A model generated the notes under the pieces. That model had not been told where the DNA came from and did no database searches. It saw only the letters and a program-made list of their open reading frames with translations. Positions 59,976-64,000 of a stretch of 64,000 nt of DNA are shown here, one piece after another. Within the stretch, counting starts at the first letter, position 1. Each line of letters opens with the position of its first letter. Origin of the DNA: Candidatus Lindowbacteria bacterium RIFCSPLOWO2_12_FULL_62_27 (lineage in GTDB: Bacteria > Lindowbacteria > 2-12-FULL-62-27); NCBI GenBank assembly GCA_001784175.1, contig MFPR01000043.1, positions 124,001-188,000 on the forward strand, in the 5' to 3' direction. The translations under genes were made by a program, and so were the position numbers.

Positions 59976-62900
59976 ATGAACTCATTACGGACGTGGGGGT
60001 TTGTCTGTCTACTGGTGGTGTGTCCTCTTGTGTCCCAAGCGTGGGCACTCTGTGGTGATACAACCGTAGGAGCTTTCGTGGATTCGGGATTGGGCAAACT
60101 CGATGGCGATACGATGGACTTGGCGGCCGCTCTCGCTGATTTCAACTCCGCCATCAGCATGGGCGCGGGTTGCGGCCCTGCGTATGTGTCGCGCGCCATG
60201 GTCAAGATGGCCATGATCTTCGACACGCCCGATGTCAAGGCGATGCGAACAAGGTTTGGGGACACCGATACCTTCGATTTGATCACGCGCGACACGTACG
60301 TGTCAAACGCCTTGGACACCTACAATTTCAATACCAGCACCATGAACGGATCCCAGATACAGAAACTGTTGACCGACACGGTCCTCCCGCTCGCCACCAG
60401 CGCGCTGGCCGATCTCATTACGGCCGAAAGCCTCCCCGACACGACCTTCAACTTCCGCGTTCCGGGCCGCTTCATCAGCAGCGACACGCGCGCGGAAGTC
60501 GACATCGCAGACGTTTACTTTTTTCACAGCATGCTCCTGATGGCGAGGGCGGCGGTCGAGATCGCGAATTCCTGGAAACTGGACATCAGCCAGGATCCGA
60601 GGAATTTCCGTGGCGAAGGCGCGGAGCACGGCGATTCCAGTTCCGACACGTTTATCAGGGAATTGCGGACCAACACGTCCTTTTTCGAGCGCAGGACAAC
60701 TTGGGATACGGCCCTTTCGTTCTTTCGCTCGGCGGACAGCTTTGTCTTGAGATTTCTGCGCGAGGGCAGGCGCGAAATGGACTTGCAGGACACCGACCTG
60801 ATCTATTTCGACACGGACAACCAGTTTTTCAGGCAACATATTTTTGACTACGTGTCGGACAGCGATGTGGCGGACTATGAGGTGGATCATGCGGACACGT
60901 TGAGCAGGGTGTTTGCGGGCCAGGACGTGTACGTCCAGTTGACGCACGAAAATGCGGACCTGCAGTACGTTCAATTCAATTTCAGCAATCTTTCCAGCTC
61001 CCCGATCCATTTCAGCCGCGCCTCGTTCGCGACCCTGCCCCCGCCGGGAATTCCCAGCGTTTTTGACCGTGGCTTTGAATGGCAGGAAGCGTTTTTCCCC
61101 GATCCGACCTTCGGGAATTTCCTGCGCGGAATGACGAACAACAAACTGTTTCTGCTCTTCAACGGGGTGGATAAGACCATTACCATCTCGGATTTCGGCC
61201 CGACGGGTGACACGGATCTGGATCTGTCGTATATCAACCGGAAACCGACGACCCTTGACATCAAATTCAATATCGTATCCGGCTCTGTCAACCCCGTCAC
61301 CATCCGTTATTCGCCGCCCGGCCGCCGCACCCATTGGGCCTTCAAGGTGGTGCCGAAGAAAGTTCTGATGCAGGTGGATAAACCGCAGCACTTGCGGATC
61401 TTTTTCGATCCCGACGAGGACGCCTTCGGGAGCCACGAGCAGGCGCAGTTGCAGAAGTTCATCGATTCGACGCTGATCCTCATCGTGCCCTGGACGACCA
61501 CCAACGCCGATACCGTGAATCCGACGGACGCCGGGTCCAACTTCATGACCTTCGGAAACAACTACAACGTCGCCAGCCCCACCACGAACGACAACGAGAT
61601 CCAGGCGACCTTCCAGGACACCGCCTCCGACAAATTGATCTTGTACAAGTTCGATGGGTTCACCTTTGTGCCCATGTTGGGCTCGACGGTGGTGCCGGAT
61701 GTCTCCATGGGAACGACGACGGTCCGCGCGCGGATCGACACGTTCACGCCCTTGGCGGGATTCGGCTGGTTCGTGGTCGGCGAGGCGCGGCCGGCCCTGC
61801 AAGTTCTGCGAGGATTTCTCCTGGGCGACAAGAACACCCTACTGCCCAAAACATTCAAGGTTCGACTCGTCAATCCTCTGGGCGCTCTGCTCGGCGGCGA
61901 GCCGGTACAGTTCAGGGTCCTGCAGGCGCCGACCGGCGCCACGTCGGGGAGCTTTACGGGTGTGTCAGGCTTTCCGACCATAACGGACGCGGCCGGCAAT
62001 TTGTCCGCCATCACGGACTCGACGGGTGTCGCGGAGATTTCGTACGTCATGGGCAACGGCGGCGGCATCTACGTCATCGAGGCCCTCGCTAAAAATTCCG
62101 GCGCGTTCGCGTTCCTTTTCGCTTTCACCAAGGGATTCACGCCGCACCCCGGCAACCAGTGGCGCATGGTGTCGATGCCGGTGTATCCGAACGACACGTT
62201 CGGCATCGTTCAGGTCGACGCCTACAATCGAGGCGTGCCGGGCCCGGCGGTCAGCATGTCGTCGTTCATCGGCGACGATTTTTCGCTGTCGACCTCCAAG
62301 GTCTACTACTGGAATCCGTCCTTCAGCAATCCGGACGCAAAGTTTGCCGACGCCGGGCACATCCGGTATCAGGACGTCTCGTCCGGCAACGCCAAGATGG
62401 GACGCGCCTACTGGCTGCTTACCACCGCCAACGGCGTCCTCGATGCCGTCAGACCGGACAGCGCTGACGTGTATGCCGAAGTCACCGAGACGGTCTACAT
62501 TCCGCTCCACGTGGGCGCCAACATGATCGGCGTCCCGTTTCCGTATCCGCTTCGATCTTCCAACCTCCTCGTGCAAACCGCGCCCAACGGAACGCCGGAT
62601 ACGATTGACAACGTCTCGTCGTTTGTCGAACACCGGCTCTGGTGGATCGCGCCGACCATTACGGCCAACGGCGCCGCTAGTTCCTCTTACGTGTCGGGTG
62701 GGAACCCTTTAACGGGCGCATCGTTTCCCGGCATGGCGCTGTTTCCGTTTGAAGGATACTGGATCAAGGCGACTTCTCTATGCGCCTCGGCCGGATGCAC
62801 CTTGGTGTTTCCGCCGGTTCCGGCCGACAGCCTTCCGATCGGCAGCGACGGCAAGCCTGTCATCACCGGCGGAGGGCCGGGCACGGCGACGGCCGCGCCC

Positions 62901-63533
62901 GCGTTTCGCGCGGGTCCGGTCTTGCAGGCCTCCGGCGGAGGCCTGTCGGATAATTGGGCTGTGCAGTTGATCGTGACCTCAAGTGGCGGCGTAGACGTTG
63001 AAAACCTCGCAGGCGTGCGTCCTCCCTCCTCGCCGCAATACATGCTGTCCTCCTCCGACCCACCGATGGCGCCGGGCGCCGGCGCGATCGCGCTGACGTT
63101 CGTGGAGAACTCCCAGCGCTATTCGACGCTCTTCAAGTCCCCGGGCGAGGAGCCGACGTGGACGGTGGAGGTCACGAGCGCGTCCGAGGGCCCGGTGACG
63201 ATCCAGCCGAGCGACATCTCGTCGATCCCGGGTAGCCTCCCGGTCATGATGCGGGACGAATCGACCGGCCTCGTGACTGACCTTCGCAAGGAACTCGCCT
63301 ATACGTACAACTCCGCCGCCAACGAAACCCGCCGCTTCACCTTCGCCGCCGGTACCCTTGATCCGACTTGGCGCTCGTATGTCCGCTACCCGGAAATGAT
63401 GTGCGTGGCGGGCCGTGTCTTCTCCGGCGCGCCCCGGATTCTCCATCCGCTCCGCGCCCTGCGCGACCTCCTCCTGGACTCCGCCTCCGGCCGTTTGATG
63501 GTTTCGCTGTATTATTCGTTCACACCGGTCTGA
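59976..63533 (+). CDS. Large secreted/surface protein with Ig-like region and CFI-box-CTERM-like C-terminus
   Basis: Signal peptide MNSLRTWGF...SQAWA; beta-rich middle; C-terminus CVAGRVF...LRALRDLLLDSASGRLMVSLYYSFTP. Confidence 0.8.
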   Translation: MNSLRTWGFVCLLVVCPLVSQAWALCGDTTVGAFVDSGLGKLDGDTMDLAAALADFNSAISMGAGCGPAYVSRAMVKMAMIFDTPDVKAMRTRFGDTDTFDLITRDTYVSNALDTYNFNTSTMNGSQIQKLLTDTVLPLATSALADLITAESLPDTTFNFRVPGRFISSDTRAEVDIADVYFFHSMLLMARAAVEIANSWKLDISQDPRNFRGEGAEHGDSSSDTFIRELRTNTSFFERRTTWDTALSFFRSADSFVLRFLREGRREMDLQDTDLIYFDTDNQFFRQHIFDYVSDSDVADYEVDHADTLSRVFAGQDVYVQLTHENADLQYVQFNFSNLSSSPIHFSRASFATLPPPGIPSVFDRGFEWQEAFFPDPTFGNFLRGMTNNKLFLLFNGVDKTITISDFGPTGDTDLDLSYINRKPTTLDIKFNIVSGSVNPVTIRYSPPGRRTHWAFKVVPKKVLMQVDKPQHLRIFFDPDEDAFGSHEQAQLQKFIDSTLILIVPWTTTNADTVNPTDAGSNFMTFGNNYNVASPTTNDNEIQATFQDTASDKLILYKFDGFTFVPMLGSTVVPDVSMGTTTVRARIDTFTPLAGFGWFVVGEARPALQVLRGFLLGDKNTLLPKTFKVRLVNPLGALLGGEPVQFRVLQAPTGATSGSFTGVSGFPTITDAAGNLSAITDSTGVAEISYVMGNGGGIYVIEALAKNSGAFAFLFAFTKGFTPHPGNQWRMVSMPVYPNDTFGIVQVDAYNRGVPGPAVSMSSFIGDDFSLSTSKVYYWNPSFSNPDAKFADAGHIRYQDVSSGNAKMGRAYWLLTTANGVLDAVRPDSADVYAEVTETVYIPLHVGANMIGVPFPYPLRSSNLLVQTAPNGTPDTIDNVSSFVEHRLWWIAPTITANGAASSSYVSGGNPLTGASFPGMALFPFEGYWIKATSLCASAGCTLVFPPVPADSLPIGSDGKPVITGGGPGTATAAPAFRAGPVLQASGGGLSDNWAVQLIVTSSGGVDVENLAGVRPPSSPQYMLSSSDPPMAPGAGAIALTFVENSQRYSTLFKSPGEEPTWTVEVTSASEGPVTIQPSDISSIPGSLPVMMRDESTGLVTDLRKELAYTYNSAANETRRFTFAAGTLDPTWRSYVRYPEMMCVAGRVFSGAPRILHPLRALRDLLLDSASGRLMVSLYYSFTPV

Positions 63534-63574
63534 TCTCCATCACTATTTGGACTTTTTTAAATATGAATTGCTCA

Positions 63575-63653
63575 CTTCCTCCCCCCTTGTGGGGGAGGAT
63601 TGAGGTGGGGGGTACCCCCCCATCCCAGCCTTCCCCCACAAGGGGGGAAGGGG
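63575..63653. repeat. REP-doublet/MITE-like long palindrome
   Basis: Perfect 17-bp inverted core TCCCCCCTTGTGGGGGA (63580-63596) / TCCCCCACAAGGGGGGA (63632-63648), centred near GGTACC. Confidence 0.85.
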
Positions 63654-63660
63654 TTAGTAC

Positions 63661-64000
63661 CTGCGTTCGCTCGCCGTCTTCGCGCTCGGCCTGATCGCGT
63701 TTTTGGCGATTGCCCTCATCGGAGGCCTCGCGGCGGGCCGGCGGTATCTCGAAAGGCGCGCGGGGCCCGGGATGGCCGTTACGTCGCTGCGGATCGAGTT
63801 GGCGGGCGGCCTTGCGCTGCGCGCGCATCTCGTGCCAACCGGCGCGTTTCGGCTGGGCCGGAGCCGGGTCGGGTTCGACGAGATCCGGCTCCGCGGCGAG
63901 GTTTGGCCGCCCATGGAGAATTGCAAGGCCGAGGTGCGCGGCCTCGAGATGCGCGCGGCGCTCCTGCGTCCGGCCGCCGCGCTGGAGGCGCTCTTTGAGC
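63661..64000 (+). CDS. N-terminus of a membrane-anchored hypothetical protein (runs off window)
   Basis: Open frame LRSLAVFALGLIAFLAIALIGGLAAGRRYLE... to the window end; preceded by in-frame TAG, so the start is unclear. Confidence 0.45.
   Translation, partial: MRSLAVFALGLIAFLAIALIGGLAAGRRYLERRAGPGMAVTSLRIELAGGLALRAHLVPTGAFRLGRSRVGFDEIRLRGEVWPPMENCKAEVRGLEMRAALLRPAAALEALFE

Overview
64 kb of GC-rich bacterial chromosome, mostly core genes; the lineage cannot be assigned from the sequence alone. Housekeeping content: tRNA-Asp, eno, ilvD, rlmI/rlmD-type methyltransferases, secA, mtnA, the rpsB-tsf-pyrH-frr-uppS-cdsA operon, a frameshift-free prfB followed by an FtsX-like/EnvC/S41/divergent polysaccharide deacetylase block with no ftsE, tsaD and mutY. 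Signalling genes include two apparently active GGDEF cyclases, a degenerate GGDEF-HhH membrane protein, cNMP-binding proteins and a 1105-aa double FapA/Jag_N protein. Accessory features: a transglutaminase plus Anbu proteasome-like pair; a cNMP-patatin / membrane protein / SAMHD1-like HD operon; and a carbamoyltransferase cluster next to a Y1 (RAYT-like) transposase. That transposase is bounded by a 26-bp inverted repeat with short tandem duplications just outside it, and sits between two gene remnants. There is also a large secreted protein that is very rich in Asp-Thr and has a CFI-box-like C-terminus. Several genes appear leaderless, and there are sigma28-like promoters, a structured 5' leader and REP-like palindromes. 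All calls come from manual motif recognition; no database searches were run.
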